This document shows, piece by piece, positions 24,217 to 38,647 of a stretch of 64,000 bases of DNA; the first letter of the stretch is position 1, and every line of letters begins with the position of its first letter. The notes under the pieces are model-generated. The model did no database searches, was not told the DNA's origin, and worked only from the letters and a program-made list of their open reading frames with translations. The DNA lies in the NCBI GenBank assembly GCA_951406725.2, contig OX597814.1:194370001-194434000 (forward strand). The letters run 5' to 3'. The position numbers were made by a program, and so were the translations under genes. This DNA is from Octopus vulgaris (taxonomy: Eukaryota).

Positions 24217-25479
24217 CAGCACATCCACTACACATAGATACATTCAATTGAACAAGAACTTGTGTAATACAGGATGAAGGCTTTCAATAATAAACATAGC
24301 AATTAAAAGAAAAAGGAGAGGAAAGGGATCAGTTAATAGGAAAGAGGAGACTTCACAACCATATAGGCTGTATCCATGCTCAACATGCAGAAAAAAAAAA
24401 AGCAACAATACCCCCATGGTGTACTCAATGTAAACCAGTCACACAAAAGCTGTAATGAGATAACAGGCAGGATGAAAGGACGTTTAATATAGCAGAGAAG
24501 CCATCAGCAGTAAAAGCATCTATAAAATGAATTCCTTCAAATACTTAGACATCGTCAGCTTCTGTTACCTAGGTAACCAAAGCAAGTACAGAGATGAAAT
24601 GTTCAGAAAGCTATTTAGTTAGCATTAAAAGCTTTACTTTTCTTAGTGATGGATAGAATGTACGATGCTTGTGCACAAAATGCAATATTGCATAGAAGCA
24701 AGACATAGGTACCAAATGTAGAAATTGGACAAAGATGAGAATGCTACATGTGTAATGCTTGCATCCATGAATGATGGAGCATGAGTGATGAGACAAAAAA
24801 AATTAAGAGGAATCAGCAAGTTCACAAGAGAGAAGACTGTAGACATGCTATGCACATAAAAATGAGAGTTGGGTGAAGCAGTGCCAGGTAGGAAAGAGGA
24901 AGATTAAGGAAGGCATAGGAAGAGATGGTGAATGTTAATGTCAGGTTGCTGAACCACACAACAGAGATAAAGCCACAGCCACAAGAGACAAGATGCAGTG
25001 CTAAAAAAAGAGCCATCAACCTTAATCATTGTCATTTTTAACCTCCAATTTTCCATGCTTGTGGATTGGGCAGAATTGGCAGAGAGAGATTTTCTACAGC
25101 CAGATACCTTTCCTGTTGCCATGTTTCCAAGACAATATTTCCCCATGACCAGACGGGTTTTCACAGAATGTTGGATGTGAAGGACACCATTTGCACAACA
25201 GGGACACTCATTCACAACTATCAAAGAGACAGTAACAAACACATACTTGGCTTCTTTCAGTTTCCATTACTCTCTACTCTTCCATTTCATCACTTACCTG
25301 TGAATTTTCTAGATCTTTTATATGTTCCCTAATTTTCTGATAACGGAATACCCCATATTCAGGCATATACGCCTATCACTTGGGATATCCCAGAAACAGC
25401 TTTAAGACCTCAACTATTTTAAGAATATAAAATATGACTTGAGATGCTTCGTATGCCTCAGCATCTGTTGCCCTTATTT

Positions 25480-25514
<35 letters not shown>

Positions 25515-25520
25515 CACACA

Positions 25521-25561
<41 letters not shown>

Positions 25562-26554
25562 CGGCAATAGGGAAGCCTTAACCATTCTGTGTATGCATAA
25601 TTCTGGCACCTGTGTCGCATACCTGGTACCCCTGCTGGTGGCACATAAAAGGCACCCACAACAAGCTTGGAGTGGTTGGAAGGGCATCCAGCTGTAGAAG
25701 CTATGCCAAATCAGATTGAAACCTGGTGCAGTTCCCCCTAGCTTAACAGTTTTCAGTCGAACAGACCAACCCATGCCAGCATGGAAAATGGACATCAAAT
25801 GAACAGGACAATGAAAGTAAGCCAAACTTTCCAAGAGGTTAGACTTTAAAAATGGAATGAACGGAATAAATAGAAAATTAAAAGACACAGAAAAATAAAG
25901 AGAATTAAAATTGACAATTTTGAACAAAGATTTTAATAAAATAAACTTTAAATAGTCCTGGCTGAATTTGCTCGATAAATCATAGTTAAAATGTCCGACT
26001 GTTCAAACGACGATTCTTCATCCAAACAGCATTAGATTATTCAAGCGTTATCAGATTAACCATCCATAGATTGCTAAATATTGCTATATCTAAACCTTAA
26101 AACGGATTCTTTATTCATTAAATTATTCTAAGATTTAAAATATATTTAAAAAAAAAAAAAACTGAAAACAACTGGACATCTTACTGTATCTACTCCTGGT
26201 TGCAATCTTTTATGCTTGATTGTTAACTCTAAGAACTGGGGTTCAATTTATACATAAGAAAGTTCAAACTTTATATGAAGTTAACACTAAATTAGGGGTA
26301 CAACTCAGTCAAGTAAATATAATAAATACAAGACACCAAACTTTAGTTTTGTATGTTCAGCTATATCAATACTTGATATTTGGTTGGTATTGTATTTTAA
26401 CAACCCTGGAAGAATGAGAAGAAAAAAAGAAAAGAGTATTCAGTAGGTTTTGAACTCAGGATATTTTTTGTTGCAAATGCTTATTTTCTAAAATATTTTG
26501 TCCAATCTTCTATCAACTCTGCCACTCCATCACTCATACCATGGTAATATCAAT

Positions 26555-28140
26555 ATGGTTTCAAAATTAGGCACACGGCTAGCAATTTCAAGGGAGTGGG
26601 GTAAGTCAATTACACTGACCCCAGAGCTCAGCTGGTACTTATTCTATTGACCCCCAACCCCAAAAGAACGAAAGATAAAGTTGACCTAGGTGGAATTTGA
26701 ACTCAGAACAGATGAAATGCTACGAAGCGTTTTGCCCAGAATGGTAATGATCCTGCCAACTTGCGACCTTAATACCGGTCCAGCAATTATAAGGGGTGGG
26801 GATTACACAATACCATTAACCCTAAGTGTTGACTGGTATATTAGTGACTTTGGAGGGATAAAAGTCAAAGTTGACCTCAGCAGGATTTGAACAGAACATA
26901 AAGACAGGAAACTAAATACCACAAAAGGTATTTCATCCAACCCTTTAATAACTGCCAATCTCCTGCCCTAATAACTACCACCATAACTGGTTATGTTAGG
27001 GACCAGTTTTAAGATAACATAGTCAATGGTTATATTTTTAATGTAACATGCATTTATAATAACAAGAACTGGAGATATATTTGAATAGGATGCTGGTTAT
27101 GAGGATGATGATAACCACTGATGATATTTTAATATAGTTGCTGTAAAAGAATGGTTTCAAATTTTGGCACAAGGCCAGCAATATCAAGGGATGCGGTAAG
27201 TCAGTACACTGGGGTAATTATAATGACTAAATGTAAAATCAGCATTTCAACTCCAAACAAAGACAGGATGCTACGCATTCTGCCAGCTTGCCACCCTAAT
27301 TATAGCTATTTATATTAAAATAGCTATATAATAACTATCTTTTCTACTGTAGACACAAGGCCTGAAATTTTGGGGGCTGGGGCTTGTCAATTACATTGAC
27401 CTCAAGAATGAAATTGCAAAGCCAACCACAAACAGAATTTGATCTCAGAACATAAGGACAGATAAAATGCTGCCAAGTATTTTCCCTGGCATGCTTACAA
27501 TTCAGCCAGCTCGTCACCTTAATATTATTTCATCTATTTTAGGCATGAAGCCTGAAATTTGGAGGAAAGGAGCTACTTGATTACATTGCCCACACCCATG
27601 CCACCCCAACTATTTGACTGGTACTTTGCTTTTCATCCTTTTAGGGTTGATAACGTTAACCTCAGTGAAGTTTGAACTCAGAATGTAAAAGGACGATCGC
27701 TGCTAAGCGTTTTGTCCGCAATGCTAACAATTCTGCCAGCTCGCTGCCCTAATTAAAACCGTTGATAATAAAATTTATAAATTTAGGCACAATGCCCGCA
27801 ATTTTGAGTCACAAGAATCCAGTCAACACCATCAACCTCCATTACAAGACTGGTATTTTATCAACCTTGGTGGATGAAAGGCAAAGTTGACCTAAGAACA
27901 GAGCTGGAAGAAATACTATCATTTCCTCCATCACACTTAATCCTTTTCTACTGCAAGTAGAAAGCCTGAAATTTTGGGGGAGGGGGGGGGCGCAGTCGAT
28001 TAGACCCCGAAAGGATGAAAAGCAAAGTCGACCTCAGCAGAATTTGCATACAGAACATAAACACAGACAAAATACTGCTAAGTATTTTGTCTGGTGTGTT
28101 TCTGCCAGCTTGCCGCCTTACAATTCCGTTAATTCCCTGC
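26555..28140 (-). repeat. Cluster of decayed family B (Nin/Deu-domain-like) SINE relics
   Basis: Repeated aaaggcaaagtcgacctcggcggaatttgaactcagaac / ttctgccagct motifs, all in the same orientation. Confidence 0.7.
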
Positions 28141-28469
28141 CCTGACAATAATAAACACCACTGGTTATTGGTAAATGTAGACACCGGTTATAAGGTAACA
28201 TAACCAATGGTTATATTGATAATAGTCACTGGTTATACTTCTACTAAAAAAAATGTTGCTAGTAACAATGATAATGATTTTTTTTTCCTTAATAGCAAAT
28301 ACATAATATATATATAACAAATGGCTGGTAACAACAATAATGTAGAATGTATAATCCTTTTGCAAAGTTGAATGCAGTTTGTTGTTGGATTTTGTTGTCT
28401 GCTCTTTAAATTACATCCATCTGCTTTCATCAACAAAGCAAAGGGAAAAAAAAAAGTCTAACGTGAACA

Positions 28470-28529
28470 TTACAGAAGGTTTATACTGACAGGGTCCATA
28501 TTTTCTTCATCAAAGTGCAAAAAGTTTCT
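28470..28529 (-). CDS. KIF22: KIF22 terminal exon (RNFLHFDEENMDPVSINLL*)
   Basis: tttttcag acceptor, phase 0, TAA at 28470-28472. Confidence 0.7.
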   Translation of the reverse strand, partial: RNFLHFDEENMDPVSINLL

Positions 28530-31500
28530 CTGAAAAATATTAAAAAAGAGAAAAAAAATACTGTATTTCAAATATTGCTCAGTGTAACATATTTTAAGAA
28601 ATCTAAATTAGCATAGTCTGAAAAGTAGGTAAAATATACAATCGCATGCCATCATTTAATGCCTATTTTCCATGCTGGTATGGATTGGACAGTTTGACTA
28701 GCCAGAGGACTGCACCAAGATCTGTTTTGGCATTTTTTCTTTTTTTCACGTCTGGATGCCCTTCCTAAGGCCAACTAGGGTACTGGGTGCTTTTTATGCA
28801 ACACAGCACAAATGAGGTTCCCAAGACCCCTCAAGTGAGTGGTGGGGTGTTGGACTGAGGGAGGTGGCTTTCTGTTATGTAATCTCTATATATATTTTTA
28901 TTTCTTTACTGCCCACAAGGGGCTAAACAGAGGGGACAAACAAGGACAGACAAATGGATTAAGTCAATTATATCAACCCCAATAACTGGTACTTATATAA
29001 TCGACCCCAAAAGGATGAAAGGCAAAGTCGACCTCGGCGGAATTTGAACTTAGAACGTAGTAATCTCTATATATATAAACAGCAAAATGTCTATGCGTGT
29101 CCTTTGTACAAATCCACAATTTTTCAGTTAGAGGGCTCGCACTTTCTATGGTCATTCAAAACCGTCCAAGGGTGGTCGTGCACATCTTTACATTTCCCCA
29201 GTCACCCTGCAAAGCCATTAAAAAAAATCAATAGAAGTGACTTTTTTGTGAATTTTCTATCCAAAACCCAATCAAAATGCCCAAAATTTGATACGCCAAT
29301 TGAATGCCAACTACCTGTATGTGATTGGTCGGAGATTTGGACAGTATTCATGTGTATGTGCGCATGCACGCAGCTGTATATGCATGCACTAGCAGTATGA
29401 CCCGGCAACACCGGGTCATAGTGCTAGTGAGAGCTTAAAGTATGATAAGTGGACAGAAACAGATGTCTTGCTGGAGAAGAGATACAAAGCTGTCCCAGTT
29501 GGAAAAGAGAGGCTATGAAGATGTTGGGACATACTATTTAAGTTCGAATTTACATTTGGCTAAATGCTTCTACAGTTGCCTTATTAAGAAAGTAGCATCA
29601 GTAGTGCTTCTCCCTGACACAAAACCAAACTGCAATTCATCTGGGCTATTCTGTTCCTAATTAGAGAACTTGTGACCCTTTCTGCAACCTTCATGACCAG
29701 GTCCAGTAATTTGATACTTCTGCAATCATTTCTGTCTGAAGCATTACCTTTCCTTCTATAATAGTTATCACGTAATCACGTGACCGACCAGACCATCAGA
29801 TGTTACACATCGCTGGTCACAATGCGCTTCGCATTGTTTTAGCCTTCGAATGACGCCACCCCGTTGGCTAAGCGAGCAGGCCAACAGAAGAAAGAGAAAG
29901 AGTGGTGAAAGAGTACAGCAGGGATCACCCCCCCCCCCTGCAGGAGCCTCGTGGAGCTTTTAGGTGTTTTCGCTCAATAAACACACACAATAAACACACG
30001 ATTCTACGACTGCGAGTCCGCTGCCCTAACCACTGGGCCATTGCGCCTCCATATAATAGTTATAGTGAACTAAATTATTGTAGTAAACAGCAAATATGTA
30101 TATAGGTATATATACAAGTAAGTAACAAAATAGTAAACAGCCAATTCTAACCATGAACTTTGGCTTTTACTTATGAGTAATTTATACATACATCTGGCAC
30201 AAGCCAATACTCTTGACAAAGAAAGAGTCTATTTACATTTGTCAGATATTTGTCCTCATCTTGTTTGTTGATAACACAACATTTCGGCTGATATACCCAC
30301 GGGCATATGGCATAGTGGTTAAGAGCATGGGCTACTAACCCCAAGATTCCGAGTTCAAATTCCAGTGACCTGAATAATATCGAAAAATACCTTAGGAATG
30401 AGAACCCAGGTTCAAAATTTCCATAAGGCACTTGATGAAGGCTGGAGGGTATATTAGCCGAAATGTGTTAGCAACAAACAAGAGGAGGACAAATATCCAT
30501 CAAATGTAAATAATGTACATAATTCCTCATCTCTTACATATAGAAGAGAAGAGTCCACTTGATAAATGTCAAATAAATGAACACATTCACCTGCTATGTA
30601 GAGTGAGACAAAAGGGCGGCGAGCTGGCAGAAACGTTAGCATGCCGGGCGAAATGCATAGCTGTATTTCGTCTGTCGTTACGTTCCGAGTTCAAATTCCG
30701 CCGAGGTCGGCTTTGCCTTTCATCCTTTCGGGGTCGATAAATAAAGTACCAGTTTCCCACTGGAGTCGATGTAATCGACTTAATCCGTTTGTCTGTCCTT
30801 GTTTGTCCCCTCTGTGTTTAGCCCCTTGTGGGCAGTAAAGAAATACAATGCTCCTAACAGGTTCAAATCCTAACAAAATCACAACAGTAGTTGAATATAA
30901 TGCTATCAGTCACTGTGTATGATCCCTTCCTGAATAACCTGATACAAGTAACAAAACTGTACCCCACTCCATCCAACATTTAAGCATATTTGTCATAACT
31001 CCTGATGGACCAAGGGCTTCATATTCTTGGCTGAAGCATCTGTAATACCCAGACCACTCTGTGGTTGGCAGTAAGAAGGGCATCCAACTGTAGAAGCTAT
31101 GCCAAGACAGATAAATGGAACTGCGTGCCAGCATGGAAGAGAGAATTAAATGCTGAGGATATAAAAAGAGAAAAACAACTTCATACTTACATGCATAAAT
31201 GTTGAGACATACTTTTCTCCCAAATCCAGAATTTGATTCAGATCTTCAACCTGCAAGAAAGAATTTTAAAATTATTTTAATACATCATGGCAGCGAAACA
31301 CGAGTGGCTGTGTGGTCAGTAGCTTGCTAACCAACCACATGGTTCCGGGTTCAGTCCCACTGCGTGGCATTTTGGGCAAGTGTCTTCTGCTATAGCCCCG
31401 GGCCGACCAATGCCTTGTGAGTGGATTTGGTAGACGGAAACTGAAAGAAGCCTGTCGTATATATGTATATATATATATATATATATATGCGTGTGTGTGT

Positions 31501-32522
31501 TTGTCCTCCTAGCATTGCTTGACAACCGATGCTGGTGTGTTTACATCCCCATCACTTAGCAGTTCGGCAAAAGAGACCGATAGAATAAGTACTGGGCTTA
31601 CAACGAATAAGTCCCGGGGTCGATTTGCCCGACTAAAGACGGTGCTCCAGCATGGTCGCAGTCAAATGACTGAAAAGAGTAAAAGAGAGGTGTTGAGGGG
31701 TGAGGATCTGCAGAAGAACAAGTTAAAAATGGTGCATTGGATGTACTATGTAAGGATCTTTTCGGTTTGAACGGCAGTATATTTCTAGCAGTGTCATATG
31801 AAATTGTCACCCATAATTATGACCCTAGTATCGATCTATTGCATTTCAATCTATTTTAGATTTAGGGTTAGAGTTAGGGTTAGGGGTGGTGGAAGGGCAT
31901 CTTTTTTTTCTTCAGAAATGTAAATAAACCCAATCTGTTTCTTAAACGAGGGACATTTTCATATGGCACAGAATGTTTTCAGAAGTCATTGATTGGTTGA
32001 AATTGTAGAAAAAAAAAACAACAAATATCTTACAAACTATAGAATTTTCTCAATAAAGCCAAGAGAAAAAGATGTTTTATAAACACATTCTACCAGTATA
32101 CGAAGTTTAAAAGTGTTTAGTTACATGGAAATTATTTAAAAAAAACTGCCGTTCAAACCGAAAGGATCCCAATGTTACATTGCATGAAAGGAAAATCACA
32201 AAAGACAGAATTAGTTTTACAACTCAGTGAGGGCAGAGGTAGTCTATGTCAGTCAAAGTTTTATTCATCATCATCATCGTTTAACGTCCATTTTCCATGC
32301 TAGCATGGGTTGGACAGTTCGACCGGGGTCTGGGAAGCCAGGAGGCTGCACCAGGCACCAGTCCGATCTGGCAGTGTTTCTACAGCTGGATGCCCTTCCT
32401 AACGCCAACCACTGTGAGTGTAGTGGGTGCATTTTATGTGCCACCGGCACAGGGGAGGCTGACAAACAGCCATAAAATATGGAATGCTTCACGAATTTGT
32501 GTGTCATCCTTGCACAGGGGCC

Positions 32523-32555
<33 letters not shown>

Positions 32556-35500
32556 AATATTGTATATAAATTTTCAGAAAATCGTTTACGGACCTCAGAG
32601 AGAGCCATTGATCTAGATGCTTCTGTGAAAACCATATCTGGCCATGGGGATATATTACCTTGCATAGAAACAGCTAAGGAAGGTCACCAGGACCTACAAA
32701 ATCTGCCTCAATAAAATCAGTTTGTCATACAATCACCTAAAATGATAAAATAAGCAGTGGCAGCACTGTATGCTGAACAAGTGTCAGGTGAGCCAGCAGC
32801 CCAACTTTAAGAACCTCTGGAGTCATACCTTAAGAAAAAAGAAAAATACCATGTTTGTATGTTTGTCTCCACCGCCCATCACTTGAGAACCGGTGTTGGT
32901 TTGTTTGCACCACCCCCAACTTAGCAGTTTGGCAAGAGACTGACAGAATAAGTACTAGGTTTAAAAAAAAAGAAGTACTAGAGTTGATTCATTTGACTAA
33001 AAATTTTTGTCATGGTGGTGCTCCAGCATGGCCACAATCTAATAACTGAAATAATACAAGATAAATAAGATATCAGTCCTACATATAATAAATGAAGCTG
33101 AAGCTACCAGTGGTGACCCGCCAACCTAATAACACATGCACAAGTGCCATTTGCGTGACACTAGTAATCTGCCACAACTACAATTTCACTTCACTTGATG
33201 CATCTTTAAGCACAGCATCGTGCCAAAGGTCTCACTGATGATATTGCAAGTACTTAATAATAATAATGAAATTATTGTGTACAGTGCTCAGGTGCACCAC
33301 AACTTGTCAAAAGTGCGTATAAAGCATATGCGGTAATGCACAAATGTCTGGAAAACGAACAGTGTATGAGTCAGATACATGCTTGGGTGTGTATGGAGGG
33401 GAGAAAATCTGGTGTAATGTTGGCAAATCTCAGGGAGCATGGACGTTTTGAAGGATGCAGTGCTCCGACAACTAACAACTGATGCCGGCAGTTTGTTCCA
33501 TGCTTCAGCAACTCTTACTGTGAAAACATTTCCACCTACCTTTTCAAAAGGACCATGTTCCTGCTGCCAGTCATATATCAGATCAGCTCTTCGAGTGCCA
33601 ACAGTATGAAGGAGAAGAATATCTGCTTTGTTTTGGGAGTTTAGCAAACATAAAATATGGTTTTCTGCAAATGGAATTAAAATTCAATAAATACAGACTA
33701 ATAGAAGGAATATATTAATATATTCAAAATTTGGGACTAATGGCTCTAAAGTGGGTTCTACATAAGATTTTGCTGTTAAAACTTATGCAATACAGTGGTT
33801 ATACTACCACACAAAATATTTCAATTTTTTAAAAATAGAATTCCTTGTATTTAATTATAAAAATATGAGGATCTTTTAAAAATTGAATGTTTATTAGAGT
33901 CCAAAGGAGTAAGATATCAGGCTGTTCTATTATATTCAAACCAGCTGGAACCCTTATTGCTGTAACCAAATAGAGTGCCAGTCACACAAACACACATAGT
34001 TCACTCAGTGTAACAATATACAATGAAATTTATTGGCATCTCTGAAAACTAACACATTCTGTAATATGGTTGTTGAGAAAATACTTACTGTGTGTTTTAT
34101 GTCGGTGTTTGATCAATATTTCATCTACAATGACAGAGAAACAAAGATAATCAGAATTAACAAAACACTATATTGTACATACACAGACCCTCTCTCTCAC
34201 ATACGCGCATTCATACTTACTAATGAACAAACACACACACACAGCCTCTATCACTCCATATATACACCCATATCTTTTTCAGTCATTGAATCGTGGCCAT
34301 GCTGGGACACTGCCTCCATGGGGTTTAGTGAAATAAACCCAAGCCCAGTACTTATTCCATTGAGTTTCTATGTGCAAACTGCTAAGTTACAGGGACATAA
34401 ATAAACCAACTCTTTGCTGGACATGCTGACACCTTTCGATATGTTTCAGTCTTATTAAACCTCTTCAAATACTACACACTTTACTTGCAAGCAAAGCTAT
34501 GCAGTTAAGAATTTTACTCCAGAGTGGTTAGGAATTCAGTCCCTCAGCATGGACATAGTCAACTAGTGCTGTGTACCATAGCCACAGGTGGACCAATACC
34601 TTGCAAATAAAACAGGAAGATAGAAACTATAGTTATGTGTCAGTGAGTTTATATTACTCCCGTCTTCACTGCTTGTAAACAAAAGGTTCATTCAAAGGGT
34701 TCCATTTGTTTCCAGTCAGGCTTGGAAACAAGAGATGGCATCAGAAAGGAACTCAATAAAAAATTGCTTGCATGGATCAGAATTCACCACTTTAGGGCAG
34801 AGAAAAGTAGACTTCAAAAAATCAAGATGATGTGTCTGTCAGCTTCACATAAGTCTGTCATCAACAAAAAGATAAGCAAAATCCTTTAAAACCAGCAGGG
34901 ATAACACCCATTTAAACCAAGTGACAAATATACTTACCATCCTTAGATGACTCACTGACCACAGTGTCCATTTCACTGTATCTACGTTTCCTTATTTCTG
35001 AATGACATTTACGAGTTGGAATTGGCCGCACAGGTGTAGAATTCACAATATTTTTCAGGATTCCAGCTAGAAGTATACAGATTATACTGCCAAAGTTGAT
35101 GCTTAATTATTCACATTGTTTTGAATTTCAATGATATGATTAGGTTTAGAATGACATTGTGGGATAGGTATGATAGGCCAGATCTGCAGGCTGGATATCA
35201 TCATCATCGTCGTTTAATGTCTGTTTTCCGTGCTAGCACGGGTTGGACGGTTCGACTGGGGTCTGGGAAGCCAGGAGGCTGCACCAGGCTGCAGTCTGAT
35301 CTAGCAGTGTTTCTACAGCTGGATGCCCTTCCTAACGCCAACCACTCCATGAGTGTAGTGGGTGCTTTTTACGTGCCAGACCAGGCTGGCAAACGGCCAT
35401 GATTGGATGATGCATTTTACGTGCCACTGGCACCGAGGCCAGTCGGGGCAGCGCTGGCAATGGCCATGTTCGGATGGTTCTCTTGATAATAATAATAATG

Positions 35501-35948
35501 ATGATAATAATAATAATAGTCCTTTCTACATGGTTTTTTTGAATTAAGTATTTTTTGATGACGTGATTGTTTATCTCTAGATAGATATTGTAGAGGTGTG
35601 AGGCCAGATCCAGCCAGTTTGGATGCTAATCAGTTATAGTAAAAGCAACACTCCACCTAAACTACACAAGGAAAAATCCCCTTCATCAGCTGTCCCTAGT
35701 TCAACTCCAGCGTGTTTCGAAGGTGAGGACAGAACATGTCTCGTCGAACTAGTCCTTCCTGCGAAAGAATTAAATAAAATTCCTTTGCAGAGGGGTAAAA
35801 ACAAGGAAAAAAATGTGACAAAAACAGGACGTAAAAACAATACAATTAAAAACAACTACAAAATAAAAATACAATTACAAAAAAATACAGTACAAGAAGG
35901 AATAGAAACAGGACAGGAAAACAAATAATGAGGGCCTATAAGCCTAGA

Positions 35949-35987
<39 letters not shown>

Positions 35988-38615
35988 CAAGTGATCGTGA
36001 GGGTGACCATGGTAAATTGATGCTTGCAATAATACTTACCATTCCTAGTCTTATTTGACATTTGGTTTTCACTGTGGGATTGTTTCTCCATGTCAAACGT
36101 TACTCTTAAACTTGAAGATCTTCGACACAAACGCAAGCTTTGAGAATTTTCAGTTTTTGAAATATCGTCAATAATATTGCCAGTGTCTAGAAAAATAGAG
36201 GGAAAGGTAGAATGGCATTAAAGTTTAAAGGAATTAAATTCCCAATGAAATTCAAACTGTGTGAAGCAATGATTCTTAACCCTTTAATGTTCGCATTATT
36301 CTACCAAAATTAATGCTTCTTTATCCACATTGTTTTGAACTAATCATGCATTAATCTTGTAGCTATGAGATTTTGATGAGGTAGCTGTTAATTTTTAAAA
36401 CGATATTGTAGGGTTGGTCTGAGAGACCAGATCTGGCCAGTTTGAACATAAAACAAGCAGAATACTTCTGGCCAGATATGGCCGGTTTAAATGCTAAAGG
36501 GTTAAAAATAGGTTACACCTAAAGCTTAGGATATTGGTTAAATGCCAAACTCCCTCCATAATCCTCTCCAATGCATGAGGAGAATGGAAAAGAAATGACT
36601 ACGCAATATCATAGACTAACTTCTGAACTGGTAGTGCATGCATGATATCTAAACGGAGACGGTGTTGCTGTGCAAATGCATCTGCATGTGTAGATTATTA
36701 ACGTACTGAGCTAAGTGCTGAAGTACACTTGATCTGAATGAAATATCTGTCAGAGAAAGGAATCTACACATATCAGTAAGACAGTTATTACTAAGCAACA
36801 AACGATAATCCTTTCAGTTACAGGCAAATCATCATCGTTTAACATCCGTTTTCCATGCTAGCATGGGTTGGATGGTTCGACCGGGGTCTGGGAAGCCATA
36901 AGGCTGCACCAGGCTCCAGTCTGATCTGGCAGTGTTTCTACAGCTGGATGCCCTTCATAAGACCAACCACTCCATGAGTGTAGTGGGTGCTTTTTATGTG
37001 CCACCTGCACAGGTGCCAGGGGAGGCTGGCAACGGCCACGATCGGTTGGTGCATTTTACGTGCCACCAGCACGGATGTGCCTGGTCTGAAATTTTGAAGA
37101 GATCTAGTTCATGAGATCAACACCAAGCAGTCCAGAAAGGATAAGTTGATCTCGGCAGAATATAAAGAAAGAGAATTCCACAAAGCATTTCGCCTGGTGT
37201 GCTAATGGTCCTGTCAGCTCACTGCCTTCATAATAAGCTTCAAATTTTGGGACAAGGTCTGCAATTTTAGCAGAATAAGTGAATTACATTTGCCCCCAGT
37301 ACACAACTAGTATTTATTTTATCAATCTTGGAAATAGGAAAGATTAAGTCAACCTTGGTGGAATTTGAACTCCAAACAAATACAAAATGCTGCTAATCAG
37401 TTTGTCTAGTGTGCTAACAGTTCTGCCAGTTCACTGCTGTAATAATAATAATAATCCTTTTTACTATAGGCACAAGGCCTGAAATTTGGGGGAAGGGATT
37501 AAATTGATTACATCAACCCCATGCATTCAACTTGTACTTAATTTATCAACCCCCAAAGGATTGAAAGGCAAAAATCAACCTTGGCGGAATTTGAACTCAG
37601 AATGTGAAGACAGATGAAATACCTATTTCTTTACTACCCCACAAGGGGCTAAACACAGAGGGGACAAACAAGGACAGACATAGGTATTAAGTCGATTACA
37701 TCAACCCCAGTGCGTAACTGGTACTTAATTTATCGACCCCGAAAGGATGAAAAGCAAAGTCGACCTCGGCGGAATTTGAACTCACAACGTAACGCAGACG
37801 AAATACCGCTAAGCATTTCGCCTGGCGTGCTAACGTTTCTGCTGACTTGACCCCTTAATAATAATTTCAAATTTTGGCACAAGGCCAACAATTTCAGGGA
37901 TGGAGTAAGTCAACTGCATTGAACCCCAGTATACAATTGGTACTTATTTTATCGACCCCTGAAAAGATGAAAGGCAAAGTCAACCACAGCAGAATTTGAA
38001 CTCAGAACATGAAGACAGACGAAATGCCGCTAAGCATGTCATCTAGCATGCTAACGATTCTGCCAGCTCACTGTCGTCACCCACTTAGTAATAATAACGC
38101 TGTCTACTGGAAGCACAAAGCCTCAAATTTGGGTGAAGGGATTAAGTTAATTACATCGACCCCAGTGCGTAACTGGTACTTATTTGACCCCAAAAGGGAA
38201 AAACGCAAAGTCGACCTCAGCGGAATTTGAACTCAAAATGAAGATGGGCAAAATACTGCAAAGCATTTTGCCCAGCATGCTAATGATTCTGCCAGCTTGC
38301 CGCCCTAATAACAAGAGATATTTTATACTCACTAGAAATGCATTTCCCTTCAGTCGTTTCTTTGTCTTTCTCGGAATGGTTTTCTTTTTCCATGGTTGTC
38401 TTCAGCATTCGAGTTCTTTCTTGAATATCTTTCAGAAGTTCTCTTTGAAATCAAAGGGAAATCAGGTATTATATACAGACATATTGAAACAAATCTATTT
38501 CGAACTGTTAAAATTCGCTCTAATAATATTTCTAATCAGCTTTTTAATGCTTAAGAAATTTAGGTGGGGAAAATCACAATTACATTATAAAAACTAATTA
38601 TCCATAAATTACTCA

Positions 38616-38647
<32 letters not shown>

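Noticed and set aside
31860-31890. Interstitial telomere or chromosome fusion site
   Set aside because: The short TTAGGG-like tract is an internal part of a MITE present in several copies.
32474-32560. Functional U6 snRNA gene
   Set aside because: The 5' stem-loop is missing, CpG sites have decayed and the 3' end is fused to a SINE.
33234-33245. Other CTGATGA/CTGAAGA heptamers (e.g. ~27118, ~33236, ~44615, ~57365) as hammerheads
   Set aside because: No stem II plus GAAA plus stem I pairing could be found nearby.
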